In this document: positions 49,656 through 62,821 of the stretch, piece by piece
Position numbering within the stretch: position 1 is the stretch's first letter
How the letters are laid out: each line of letters opens with the position of its first letter
NCBI GenBank assembly: GCA_002269645.1
Contig: NIVC01000712.1
Span: forward strand, 1 to 64,000
From: Macrostomum lignano
Taxonomy: Eukaryota
Length of the DNA: 64,000 bases
Direction of reading: 5' to 3'
The notes under the pieces: model-generated
Seen by the model: only the letters and a program-made list of their open reading frames with translations
Told to the model about the DNA's origin: nothing
Database searches by the model: none
Position numbers and translations under genes: made by a program

Positions 49656-52600
49656 TAAAGTTTTGGAGGGTTTATAGGTGTCGGCAGCAGCTGCACCCAA
49701 GGTGCTGCGTGGGGCATTACTCGAAAGGGTGCCGCGGTCTCTCGGTCGGTGGCCGGAATGATTTGCTCAGGGTACTCGCCAATAGGAAAGCTTGATGAGA
49801 AGAGCAGCTTGAGAGTCCTGAGTGGTTGTGGCATAGTTTCCATCTATGCACATGTAGGAGAGAGTTGCACTGGACGAGGATAACAGCTGGTAGTAGCATA
49901 AAATTATGCCAGTCATTATCAGCTAAGCAATCCACTTATATAACCTGCCCCATTAATTATTGCATATATAGGGGCTAAAGCTAGAGGATAGTTCAAAGGA
50001 TATTGCATAGTAATGGGTTAATCAACTGGTAATAACTGCTATAAACTGCAGCTTGACTTTTGGACCTCCCGAAAAAACAGTTCTTGAATATTGATAAAAA
50101 CGCAAACTGTAAACCAGCAACTAACGAAACGAAATTGAAAAAAGGATAAAAATTCTTGGGCTGGCGACAGCTGAAGTCAGTCTGTGCGCTTCATCACTTA
50201 TCGATTTTTCTTGTTTCACTGCCCTGCTAGAGGGGCTGGTGGACTGGCGGACCAACTGGATCAAAGGTCGCAGCTCATGACAACTACTCAGGATCAAGTG
50301 AGAATGCCAATGTAGTGAGTCGCTAGTTTAGTTAGGCGCCGCACTAGTCAGCTGTTGCCCTCGCCCTCGCCCCAGGCTTCTGTCTGCCGCTGGGCAGTTG
50401 CCTGTCCCTCCCGTCTGTCCTCTGGCCTGTCCTCTGCCCGTTTGCCTGTCTGTCTGTTTGTCCTCGTCTGCCCCTTTTGTTTCGTTTTCCCTTTTTGCAG
50501 TGCCCAGACAGCTTGGTCTGGCCTGTCTCTGTTTCGTTCTCTGTTTGGCATCTCCAAATTTGGAGTGCCGTTCTGTTTTCCGGTCTCACGGGCACGAGTG
50601 CCTTCACATGTGGGCCTTTTCCCCTTGTCATGTGAGCCAGTCACATGACAAGGCCTTCTTCCTTCTTTAGTCGAAAGTGCAATGATTTCATCATTGTACG
50701 CCGGGCTCGTGTTTATGGGGAGATCACGTGCGCCCGGACCCCTGCCTCCTCTGAGGCAGAACCCGCTTGTTTGTTGCTAAAAAAAGTAACAGAGTCACTC
50801 TTGACTCTCAGCGGGGATCTTTCGTGGTATGGTGCAATCGATCCTCCCTATAAAGGCAGCCCCTCTCTTGGCTTGGCTCAGTCAACCGGCTTTCTCTCCT
50901 GTTTTCGAGCCCGAGATTTTCTCAGTTCAAGCCTCTAAGTTTGTGTGCCAAGTTTGCGCTTAAGTTGAACTCCAAGACTCCCGACTTTGCGTGTGCCTGC
51001 TTCCGTTGCTCCTGCTATCAATTAGCAGGCCAGCTCAGATCGCCCGAAGCTAGCACTTTCGCTCTCACCCCGCACCAGCCCGGCAGGGACTGCTGACGCC
51101 TGACGGTGGGCACCTCTGCGCCAGAACTGCTAAATCTGCACGAAGTGCGAGTCTCTTTCTCTCGTCTTAGTTATTTGCTTCTCCAAGCTCAGCACCTCAC
51201 CGAAGGCTGCGACTCTGCGAAGCTGGTGGCAGCACTACCAACGCTACTAGATCAACCGGAGACTTCCCAGAAGAGCTCAAGGTAGGCAGCTCACGTGACT
51301 GATTGGGAAGCAAAGAGTAACAAATACTTCACCAACAGGATAACAATTTCTGCACTCTGAACCCTGCTGGTAGTCAAAGCTTAAATGTCATCCAGCAGTT
51401 GAGTTGCGATAACGTTATTGATAATATCATAAAAGCTGAGTTTTATTCTAGCATAAATGTACATCTTGGGTTGTTGCACGCGGTCAATAATTCATGTACG
51501 CAGTGAGACGGTAAAACTTTTTGCATGCGTTCTGTAGCCTTTACATATAAATGTTTTATTACACCATTATTTTGCCGTTAAAAACCATGCCTTATATTCG
51601 TAATCCATTGCACAACTTACTCTTTTGTAAAAAAACTTATATACTCGTACAACTATTTCTTTTATATATATACTAAATCATTTATTATTCGCTGTTTCCA
51701 GTATAATGCACATCCAATAATAAATTTATCTTAATACGCTCGTACAGTACGTGCGCCATTAGACCAAAAATACGTTCAGTTAGGGACGTACAGACTCTCC
51801 CCCAAACACCTGCCTATCCCCCGGTTGAACAAGCGTGTGTCTTCCCCCGTCCCCCTTCTCCAGACGTTCACCCAGGTGTACTGCCTTATCCCCAATCTAG
51901 ACGTTTTGTCTATCCCCTGGCATTTGCCTATCCCTTTACTCGTACCCCTTTTAAACACACCTTTATCCATTAGGCGCCTTGCCTCCTTATTTCCTCTGGT
52001 ATTCTGCCATTCCCCATCCCCAAGTCCTTTCCCCCATCATAATGATGGGTTTCGGCCTTTTCGGCCCCTTTCGGGAAGCCTTCGGGCCTCAGGTCTCAGA
52101 AATAAATCAATTAGAGTCCTGGCCCCCCACTCCTGTCAGATGGTCAGCCCCATGGTAGCTTGATCGTGTGGCGAGCAGTCTAGGTCCTATGGCTAAGAGA
52201 GGGACAGCGAGAGACAAGCAGGGAGAATTTTGAAGGTAGAGATCAGCTAATCCGCAGATTAACCAACCCGCTGCCACCAGCCCGTGCGTCCTGGCTCACC
52301 AAACCGGAACTTTCGAAATCGGGCTTCCGACTAGAGGGGGCATAGCACTTACCTGCCAACTAGTGTCTTTTTGCTGTCAATCTCGAAGTCATAGCCGATG
52401 ATAAGGGACACTGCTGGGACTAGATCGCATTGGCCATGCAGGTACAGAGGGGACTTGTGCAGGGGATTCTTGCAGTGGCGAGACTATGGGGTAGCTACAT
52501 GTACTATTCCATTGCTAAATACGAGGAATTGTACTTTTGGCCTTCAACGCGCCAACTAGCCTCTCATAGCGCTGATGATAGGCTAACTCGAACATCGGAG

Positions 52601-54760
52601 ACCGCATGATTCATTACCCGAGCCGCTTGGCAAACCTAGAGTGCACAAAGTACATCTCTGGCGCCGATTTGCACTATTGGCAATTTTGCTCACTGATTTG
52701 ATAGATTGATCGACTGAGAACCGCCTTGCCATTGGTCCACTGTTGACCGGCGCCTACTAGCTTAGCTACTCATCTGAGCCATCGGCGAACAAAGAAATAA
52801 AACCGATAAAAATAACTGTCAGATTTAACCTTCTCCTTAGATCACTTCACTCTTCAGATCGAATTGGAGTTTCAGACTACTAGCAGTATTATTGAATGAT
52901 TTCTGCCTCAGCAACAGCACTACTGAACAAAATGAGCAAAAGTATGCGCCTAATTCAGCTACTGAAACAGGGGACAGATAAGGAATCACCCAATCAAGCA
53001 AGTCTAGGTAGCCTCTCACCCAACCAATCAGAAACTCAACAGCCGGAGACCAGGTAATCCACAGTGACCGAATCGGCTTAGTGCTACGCAGCTGTAGACC
53101 CGGGATGATGCTGATGTCACAACCTTCGCAGATAGCTAGCAGGTGATGATCTTAACCTTGATGTTCGCTGCTGACGACCGGGGGAATTCGTCCTTGATGA
53201 TGATGGGGGGGGAGTCGCGATCCGGGGATCAAGAGACGACGGTCGAGCTCCGGGAGGTCTAAGTTAGGCCAAAGTCCTAGGAGGTTACCGGGGTTTGAGG
53301 TCCGAGCGGGCCAAAAACACCGGTTTAAATAGCCGCCAACTGGACCGCAATTTGTTATAATGCAACACCTTGACGCTGATTGGCTGAGCCGATTTGTTAT
53401 AACTGACGTCGAATTTTCTGATTGGCTGAGCTTGTTGCCACCCAAACTCACGTGACCAGAAGATCTTATCAGTTCCCTCATGGCCATAAAAATACGACAG
53501 GTGCGGTCATAAATCACTCAAAATCGCTATATAATGATTTATGACCTTTCGCGTAGGAATGACAAAAATTAATGAAAAAATATGCATTAGAAAGATCTTA
53601 TTAAGTAGAAAGTGAAGAGAAATCGCTAATCGCTAATCCGAAAGTACTTTTAGGAGTAAAACGCATAGCTGTCAAAGCTGTCAAACGCCTGAGTGAACAC
53701 GAACAATAGGCCCTTACCTCATAAATCTGATGGCCTGTCAAAAATGATGAGAAAAAAGCTACCGCCCGCATCCTCTGGCGCCAGCCTCAGCATTGAGTGA
53801 GGCGCAGGTGGCTGTCAGACGTGCTCAAAAGCAATGATTCATGACCCCAAAAGCAGCAAAACACCGCGCCTATTTTATTATAACTACAAGTATGGCCGAT
53901 TCATATGGCTACAAAAGTCCTACTAGTATGAAGTCTAGAAAAGTTACATAAAAAGAAGAAAAATGCTCATAGCCTGCTGTTAGTAGGCTAGCAAGTTTGG
54001 AACCCATGTGCGAGCGTGAAATTTGGAAAAAAGTGCGTCCTCATCAATAACTTGATAGTATCGATTTATTCCCCCAGCCCAAAAGGTCCGTAACAAATTG
54101 GTGACTCAGCGGTGGAATTCCATTTATACTCCCCATAACCCTATAACAAATCGGTGACAGCTGTAAGATTAATAAATTCAATATTTCCCCCAGAACTTTC
54201 CCCTATAACAGTAGAAGCATTCACTTTTAGAAGCTCACAAGTATATAAATCGCTAACTTGGCCAGTTTGGGTATCGCTCATTGCCGCTCACTTTATATGT
54301 ATATCGTGATTACTCTTTGCAGGAGCCCAGAAACAATGCAAAAAAACTGCGAGCATGTTATAAGACGCTGCGTGAGGGGTAGAAATGGGAGCTGCCGTGT
54401 GTACAAAACTGTGTCCTTGGACCGTTCGCAAGCTGAGCGACGTAAATAGCCTACCAGTGAAGTATGCTTGCTTCGCTTGATTCGCTTGAGCCAGAGAAAG
54501 AGTTGCTCGCATAAAACTCAAGTGTCGGCTCTCTCGGTGAGAAAATCACGTCTTTTATTCATCAGAAAGCAAGAAAATCTTTTCCTCGTGAGATTTTCTT
54601 GCCGAGCAAATCTTGCAAGAAACTCGCAGTTTTTTATTCTTATAAACGCAAGAAATTCTTGGATTTCTTGCAAGAAAAAAAATTTCTTTTTTTTATTCAT
54701 ACGGCTCTATACGTGGCGCTTATTGAGTTCCTGTTGGATACTGAAATCGCCGGCTGTAGC

Positions 54761-57645
54761 ATGGCCGAGGGCTTGTTCGAAAGCTTTGACGAAATCGAGT
54801 GCCACTCCAAGTGGCTGCCCGAGCTCAATTGCGACAGCCAAGAAGTTGACAAAATCCTCGAGGAGCTCCATTGGCAAAGCGACAATTATCCTTGGCTGAA
54901 AGGTTTATGCTTGCTCGCCATCGCGCACCTGCACACTCTGCCAGGGTCATGTGACATCGAAAAGGCACGAGAGAAACTCGAATCGATTAAGCCGTGTGAA
55001 GCAGTTTCAGGTGATCTGCCACAGCCGGATGTTAAATTTCTAGTTAAAGCAATGGAGCTCAAACTTCGAATAATGGAGTCACAACCAAGTCTGCCATCCA
55101 AATACAAAGACCGGCTGGAGGAATTGTCAAACCTGTGGAAAGATAAGTCAGTTCAGGCCACTTGCTTTGTTGCCAAAGGCTGGACAATGCACTGGTTTGC
55201 TGTCGGCAATAATCGAGAGGATTCTTTCCAAATTTGTGCTTCGTCTTTGTTAAAAGCGAAATCAATTATTGAAGGCGTAACTGGTGAAACTGAGAAGCTT
55301 AAAGTGGTTGAATTTATCTGCCTGTACAGTTTGGCGTTCGCCTTCTTCCGGAGACGAGAAAATCACCATCGACTGTGCAATGATGAGTTTGTCTGCTGGG
55401 ACAATGCGTACAAAATTTTGACAGACAAAGAGTGGCGGCATCCAATTTTCTTGCTGGAGTTCGCTAGGGCAGTCTCTTGTTCACCTGGTCACGTAGAGTT
55501 GTGCAAAAAACTGTTAGCGGAAGAGAAAAAAAATCGAGAACAACAGGAGAAGTATTATCAAACGTACATCATTTTGCCGGATATATTTTCGTGGCTGAAG
55601 AAGACACGAAAAAATGATACATTTTTGATCGAACTTGAAAAGATATCAGCAGTTTGCTTGAAGAAGGAAGAAAAATCGAAAAACTACAACAACATAAAAA
55701 ATTTTTGCGTCGAATAGTTGAGTTTCTAATCAGCTGCTCAAGACGAGAAGACGCCAGAGAGCTGTTGCAGAACACAAAGGAGGAGAGGAACACAGAGCTC
55801 TATAGGCCATCCAGCAAATACTGGTTCGAAATAACGCTGATCGCTTTAGAAATACCCAAAACAGCCAAGGGATGCCAGAAGCTACAGCCTAAAGAGATCG
55901 AATCCTTCCTATACCGACTAGAAAACCTGTGCACAAACGTTCCGTCAAAAGCAAGGCAAGTTCGACTGACAAAAGGCATTTTTTTAATAAAGTGCGGCTA
56001 CATCGATGAGGGCATGAAGTGCTTAGCGTGGGCCATGAATGACTACCTGCATCCAGCACAAAGCTTCAAGCTTTTTGCCAAAAGAAATTAAAGAAGCTAA
56101 AACGGTTTTAGAAGAAACAACGGACAAAAAAAGTACCTGAATTGGGTTGAAAGTCAATTCGAAACTCATTCGGCATTTTATCACGTCGATGACTCGATAC
56201 AAAAGTACCAGACTGAGCTGAATAGGCAGGATTTAACAGAAGATGAGACATTTTTCATTACCGAGCACCTCGGAAGGCTGCTGTTGAGGAAGTACAGGTT
56301 TGAAGAGGCGGAGCAAAAGTTCAGGTCTCTGCCTGAGGCTCTGGAGCACAAAAACGCAATGATTGCTGACTCCCTCTTGTGTCAGGCAGAGAGCTTGTCG
56401 AGCGGTGATGACGTCACAGAAGTATGCAAGGCCAAGCTACAGGAGTTTAAAGCACAGCCAGATAATGCAGTCCACACAACCAGCATCGGGATGCGGCTGT
56501 ACCTGCTGAACGAGTGTGCAAAGCTGGGCTGCAGAGACGCCATTCATGAGGCGCTGCTACTGCTGGAGGACATCCGGAAGCAGAGTCACAGAGATCACTT
56601 GTTGCAGCAAGCTCCAAACCATTTGTTCCTGCACAGCACTTGCGTCTACGTGTTCTGCTCTCGGCTGCTTCGGCTGAGAGAGCGGGGCTTCCAAATTGAG
56701 CGAAGAAAAAGTTTTGTAGACTCTGGCGGTGACCAGATGGGTGACATGCTGGACAAAGTAGAGCAAATCTTGGCCACTGAGTTGTATCCCAGAAGAATTC
56801 GACTGAAAATGACACAGCTGAGCTTGAAGTATGAATCAGTAGAGGAAATGCTTCAGAGTCCCGAGGCTGAGCGCAGCATTTGGCACACGCTGGAGGAGTC
56901 CCGAAAAGCACTCGATAGCTTCTGGGCTCAATTCGTCTCTAAAGTGGAGAAGCAGAAACATGGCTCCCAGTCTAAAGCGATATATTATCCATATTATCCA
57001 TTTGCCCGCCGTGATTTGAAAAGCAGCAATGATAGTTTTTCAAACCTTTTCAAAAACAATTGGAGAGATCAAGCAAAACTGTTTACTTCACTGTTGCAAA
57101 CCATGAAAAGCACTGTTGAATGTCTCGACAAGGCTAATGAGAACGGAGTTGAAATTAATGCATGCGTGAAGGATCTGGAAGATATTGACGAAGCTAAGTT
57201 AAAAGATGAAGTGTCAGATGACCAGCTAAACGATTTCAAACAGCAGCTGGAGAAGCTCAAGCAATTTTTCAACCCTGCTACCACTGACCCAATTAAGTCA
57301 AATCAATTAGCAGGCTCAATCAAGAGGCTTAGAAATTCCAGTGAGAAATTTAACGAAATGCTACAGAAACCATTCCCACTCGCGTTTCGAGCGAATGACG
57401 AAGTCTGTAAATGGATGATACGGAAGGAAGAGGCCATTGATTCTAACCACGGTTGTTGGCATGTACACTGGTGCGACGAAGTCAACTCAGATAAGCACAT
57501 TTATCCGGTTGATGTTGCCAAATTCAACGAAAAAATCAAAGAAAGATTTAATCAGAAGCAGAGTGGGCCAGTAGATGTTCTGGCTTTGGCTCATTACGCT
57601 GCGGAATTCGCTGAAGAGGCCAGGCTCGTTCTCGAAGAGTACACG
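54761..57645 (+). CDS. Copy C exon 1: IFIT-like TPR region plus helical region; three 1-bp indels, all in homopolymer runs
   Basis: AGCATGG start. LFESFDEIECHSKW, AKGWTMHWF, EFICLYSLAFAFFRR, DLTEDETFFITEHLGRLL. Donor ACG|GTAAGT. Confidence 0.75.
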
Positions 57646-58820
57646 GTAAGTTTTTCTTAATTCTATGTTTTAAGAATCAAAGTATCTGTTTTTTGATTAG
57701 ACATTGTAAAATGGAGATCACCAAACAAAGATGATTCAAATGCTGTTTTTAAGCTCTTTTCGATAGTGTAGCAGGTGTAATTTTACTTATTTGTTCGATC
57801 TCGCAATTTCCACTAAATACCACCAAGTTGTAGCAGATTTATTTGTTCTGCCTAATTGAATCACTCCGTTTGTCAACAAGTTACCAACGTATGACTCTTT
57901 TCTAGGAAATTTCCTGATTCACTAGATTTCTTTGGTAAGACACTGTTCTAAATTCATAAATTAAGCCCGAAATTACAGCGTTTCCGGGGACCAAGGGTGT
58001 CCGGCGGCGAGCCTTAATACCTAATATTTGTCTGTCTTCTAATGCCTAATAATTAACATCTAATCTTATGACCTTCTTAATACCCCTTGAGGCTGTACGG
58101 CTTTATCTCTACTGGGTCTGTTCGACCTCTATTGCCTGTGCGGCCTTTTTCCTACTTCTGGGTCTGTACGACCTTTATTGCCTGTACGGTCGTTTCCCTA
58201 CTTCTGGGATAAGAAATGAATAAGCAAAGATCATCTGTCAGCAGAAATTTCCTTTATCAAAAGAGGCAAGCTAGGAACAAACTGGAGCTTGCTCAAGTTA
58301 GCTAGTTTTATTTTCATGCCAGGCGAAGCCTTTTTATAGTATAGTAAACAAACGTGTGGGGTGCATCGTAATTGGCGGGGACAACTTAAAACAAAATTAG
58401 ATGAAAATTTTATCAGAAATAGGATTTACAACAAATAATACCGTATTAAAACAAAAAATTTATTTTTGGTTGCTAAATTAGCAACCATTGCGATTTTTGG
58501 TCGCATGTAGCTACTTATAGTAATGAAATGGGGATTGGCAGACCCCACTTTAATAGCGAAAGGTAGACGTGTGAAATACTTTGCTAAGCTATGATATCAG
58601 CATAAATTTAAATTCACCTAGAAGCTCGGCTGGAAATAAAAAATACGGATTCTATTCAACTTTTTCTATTCTCAAACACTGTTTTCAAGCTCTTATAGAT
58701 TAATTTGAGAACCGAAAGTAGTGGGTTAAAATTTGCATACATTTAATTTACCGACTGATTTATAAGACTCGGTTTACAACCAATATACCCTTGTATCATA
58801 AAACTAAATTCGATTTGCAG

Positions 58821-59460
58821 TACCCAGAGGTAACCATTCCAACGAAGCCAGACGCCATCGGTGAAAACTTCGAGTGGAGCCTTGTCTGCTACTCGTGTGC
58901 TCAGCCGAACGACGTCTTGCGCAGCAGATGGAGCCGCTTGCAGAATGAATGTGCCAACTGTGACAAGTGCATTCTGCTGGTCAGAGAGAAGGCCAGTGCG
59001 GCACCAAGTGACGTTTGGCAGCGGGTCCGACCCAGACCAAGGAAACTCGTCAAGCTGGACATGTGCAGGAGATACAGCGATATAGAATCCTGCAACGGCT
59101 GCAAGCGTTCTGAATGCGACTTTGCCCATGGAGATGCGGAGCTGCGGCTGTGGGAGCTGGAGAGAATCGGCAAGTTCTCCTTCAACAAGCTGCTGAAGTC
59201 CAATCGATCAGCTGGGTCAGAACTGCCGCTGATTCTCTGGGAGCGGCCTGCGGTCGAAGAAGGCTCGGAGACCCGAATTTTCTACACGGGTCTTAAGCCG
59301 CTTATTCCTGCCAGACTCCCTGTGAAAGCACAAAATTCATTCTGCTATTCGCTCTGCAACTCGCTACTTGAAGGAACTGAGTGCCAGTATCAAGGCAAAT
59401 GCTTCAATGCTCACTGTGCTGAGGAGGAGCAGCTGTGGAACATCATGCAGCAGAAAAGAG
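58821..59460 (+). CDS. Copy C exon 2: zinc-finger module 1, intact
   Basis: Same acceptor and donor as copy B exon 2; 640 bp, phase 0 to phase 1. Confidence 0.8.
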
Positions 59461-59602
59461 GTAAAATCGAGATTCTTACAGAATTCTAATCTTTACGTTA
59501 TAATATTGAATAATAATTTACGAGTATATGGGATAAAGTTCAAGTGTGTTACGTATAATAACAAAGAGTTAACGTTCGAATTACAATCCAATAACCGTTC
59601 AG

Positions 59603-60006
59603 ATAATTGGCCCGAACAGCTGGCTTCAAGAAATCGACAAAATCGAGCCCGAACTCATTCATTGGTTGGAGCTCGAATCGAGCTGCGACTACAAGCTGAC
59701 CTGCTACAGGTGCTCCGAATCACTGGATCCTCTGAGAAGCAGATTCAAGCTGAAGGAAACACAGAACTGTGAGCGGTGCGACCAGAGCATCCTGCTGGTC
59801 AGATCGAAGAACAATCAAATCAACAAGTGGCAACGCATCCGAGACAGACAAGGACATCTGGTCATATGTGATCTCTACCAATCAAACAAATGCAGGCGCT
59901 CCGAATGTGACTTCGCTCATGGCGATGTGGAACTGAAGCTGTGGAAGCTGGAGAGAATCGGCAAGTTCTCTTTCAACAAGCTGCTGAAGTCCAATCGATC
60001 AGCTAT
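59603..60006 (+). CDS. Copy C exon 3: zinc-finger module 2, second finger lost, +1 indel near 59630
   Basis: ttcag|ATAATTGG acceptor. Homology stops after KSNRSA at a possible new donor AT|GTAAGA. Confidence 0.65.
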
Positions 60007-60176
60007 GTAAGAAGTGTATTCTTAGTTACCAGAGATATACTGTGTGGCGACTAAATCATGTTACCCTTCCCATTCTAATCGAGAAACACATTTTTGTGGC
60101 CTCATTACCCACATGTACAACACAGTATTGCCTCTTATACCAGTGGCTCGTATCCAACACGCCCAATTAAATTTAG

Positions 60177-60365
60177 AGAAATGGCCTCAGGAGCTGCGAG
60201 CACTGATCGACCAAATCCAGCAGTCTCAGCCACTGCAGCAGCAGTAGCAGCAAGGAAGTCGTCAAGCTGAAGTTTGGGATCCTCTTACCCACCATAACAG
60301 CAAGGAAGTCGGCCGCCAGCAACAGCAGGTCAGCAGGACAAATTTGCCAGCAGAGCTCCAAGAGA
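60177..60365 (+). CDS. Copy C exon 4: shortened Q-rich tail
   Basis: aatttag|AGAAATGGCCTCAGGAGCTGCGAGCACTGATCGAC conserved with copies A and B. The reading frame depends on which donor is used. Confidence 0.5.
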
Positions 60366-62821
60366 AAACAGATGTGCAAACCTGCTCGAAGTTGATGGCG
60401 TTTAACTTTTCATAGTGGTCGACAAGCAAAACATTTCTCTTACAATTTTCTGATTATAGTTAATAACTTGACCCACATTATATAGCCGTCATTTTGATAG
60501 AAGCATCGTTTACTAGGATTCTATTAGAAGTAAGTGATATTGTTTTGCAGCTCTGCTATTATTACTCATGCTCATGACAGCGACTTTTTCTTCAAGTTTC
60601 GGTTGATAAATAGTTGCAGTTTTTCCGGGATCGGAACTTCGTCTCTGTAAAGGTTTTGATGATGCTGATTAAGATTTTTATGTAGCTTCAATCCAAGTCT
60701 ATGTAGCTTAAAGCCAACCCCGGGGCATGAGAAATGAGGGGTTTTAAGGTGGCGAGATTCTTAATGGGGATTAATTTTATACAGTATATCAATTTAAACT
60801 TGAAGAGAGGCATAGAGACCTATTCCAGTTTAGGTAGATTCATTCTTGGCTTAATTTTTTTAGTTACTAGTGTTAAGATAGTGGGGTTGCTTTAGGTGTA
60901 ATTGCCAATAGCTGATATGTTCTATTTCAATAGGTGAATTCGTATTCCTCTTTTACATGTATAATACTCGTACAATGCTTCTTAACTTCGTGCAGTACAC
61001 AGCTTTGTCTATACCGGTATGTTTGCATTCTCCGTAGTTAATCTTTTATTCTTTCTGAGACAACTATATTTATATATATAGTTTTAGCACGAGAAAACTT
61101 GAGCTCTGAACTCACAAGCCGATATTTATAATACGAGCTGCTATATACCTTTGAGCTGCCCTCTAGCCTCAAAAACACTTAAGGCTGTTTGATGCGCTAT
61201 AGTTTTTTGGGCTAAAATGTACTTTTCAGTATAATCAGTTATTATATATCTATATATGATCGAGAAACACGATGAAAATTTCATCAGCTCTGGGTCTTGA
61301 AACAAAGTCTATACTGCACAACACAAAAAGCACTATGGGTTTAAAATAATGATGCACACTAATTACAAAATAAAGGATCATCACGTTCAAATAAAGAATT
61401 GGCCAAAAAAAGTGAATACAGCGAATGTACGCTGTCATACGGCGACATTCATTTCGTGATTATCTGTTGCACATTTTAATTTTAAATACGACTACACAAT
61501 TTTGGTGATGGATAAAGCGAATATTCCTTTGAAGTTTTGCCTTCCTGCGCAAAAAAATTGTCTAAGGTTTTATCGCATTGTGTTTTTGTGTTTGCTTTCT
61601 GTATATGTTTCTGCGTTATTTGCGATGAGGTTTTTGCATCCCCTGTTCGAATGTTTTTTTTCCAATTTTTCAGCGCTTATCTCCTTTGTTTACTTACTCG
61701 CACGTACACTACGTTTTTAATCGCCCTTTTGTTAATCCAGATTGACTATTTATCCTATCCTGTACTCCGTTTACTTGACATGTACCTAATTATTTGATCC
61801 CATTTTCACTTTTGTTATTTCGCCATGAGTACTTTATCATAGCGATTACGAGCTACCGTGTATACCCATGATCGCCTAATGCACCTGCCGCCTTCGCTTC
61901 ACGTACGCCCACCTTTTTCACCTTATCCGTTCTGATTTGTTATAATCGTAAATTTTAAGTCTTACCACTCTTACCAACTTTCGTTAAAGCCTGTGTCGAC
62001 CCCGCTTTCTATTCAATTGAGAATCGAGATAAACCCAGCACAAGCCGAGGCTTCGTTTTATTTAATTTGCTTTTTCTAAACATAGCTAGCTCACTACTTT
62101 CAGTTCTCGGCACAAACTAACTGCGTCACAGATGCCCAAGACTTTTCTTTCTTTTTAACGTAAGACAAACTTTGAGACAAAATCGATGCATTATCATCAA
62201 TGGCAGTTCAGCAAGCATAAATTTGAGTCATATATCCGCATAACAACTGCAGAGGCTTTTATGTCAATTAATGAGGGTTGTGTTGTGTTGTGTCATAAGC
62301 TTGCTGACAACTGCAGGGATCGATTTCATAAAAAAGCTACAAGTGACAAGTCGACAAATGACAAGTGTCAAGCGTCAACGATTTTGGTTTCATAAACTCA
62401 TTTTTGTGTCTATGGTTGAACCACCGTTTGAAATCGATCCAGCCTTTAAACTGGAGTCTGAAGGACGGACTGAAGACCTGGACGAAGGTGGTGCCGTTCG
62501 ACCAATTTCTACAGAAGTTGTTGCCGACTATATCTGATAAGAACGAGCCGATCAAGCGGAAACCCCACGGCGTCGCCTGATGTGCTAATGTGGGGCCTGT
62601 GCGACGATGTGACGCGCGGCACAGTGATTTTAATGCCGCAGATCATGAGACAAATCAGGCAGTTGATCCCAAGTTTGGAGGCCAGAGCAGGAGATCGTAT
62701 AACCTTCGTCCACGTGGCCATGATAAACTATCGTATCATATCTAGGTCTGTGCGTTTGATAGTTAAATACAAAATATCAGAGCTGGCTCACTGAGAACTT
62801 TATTGTTCGTGTTATCTAAGA

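Noticed and set aside
50630-51300. Solo LTR (TGTGAGC...GCTCACG) in a pyrimidine-skewed region
   Set aside because: The right end is not CA, there is no TSD and no PBS/PPT or second copy in the window.
23899-59203. Antisense ORFs overlapping the family exons
   Set aside because: They recur only because the sense sequence is duplicated; no independent coding signal.
62186-62794. Fragmented ORF with faint SGNH-like wording (DVLMWGLCDD...)
   Set aside because: Broken across frames, and the catalytic motifs could not be identified.
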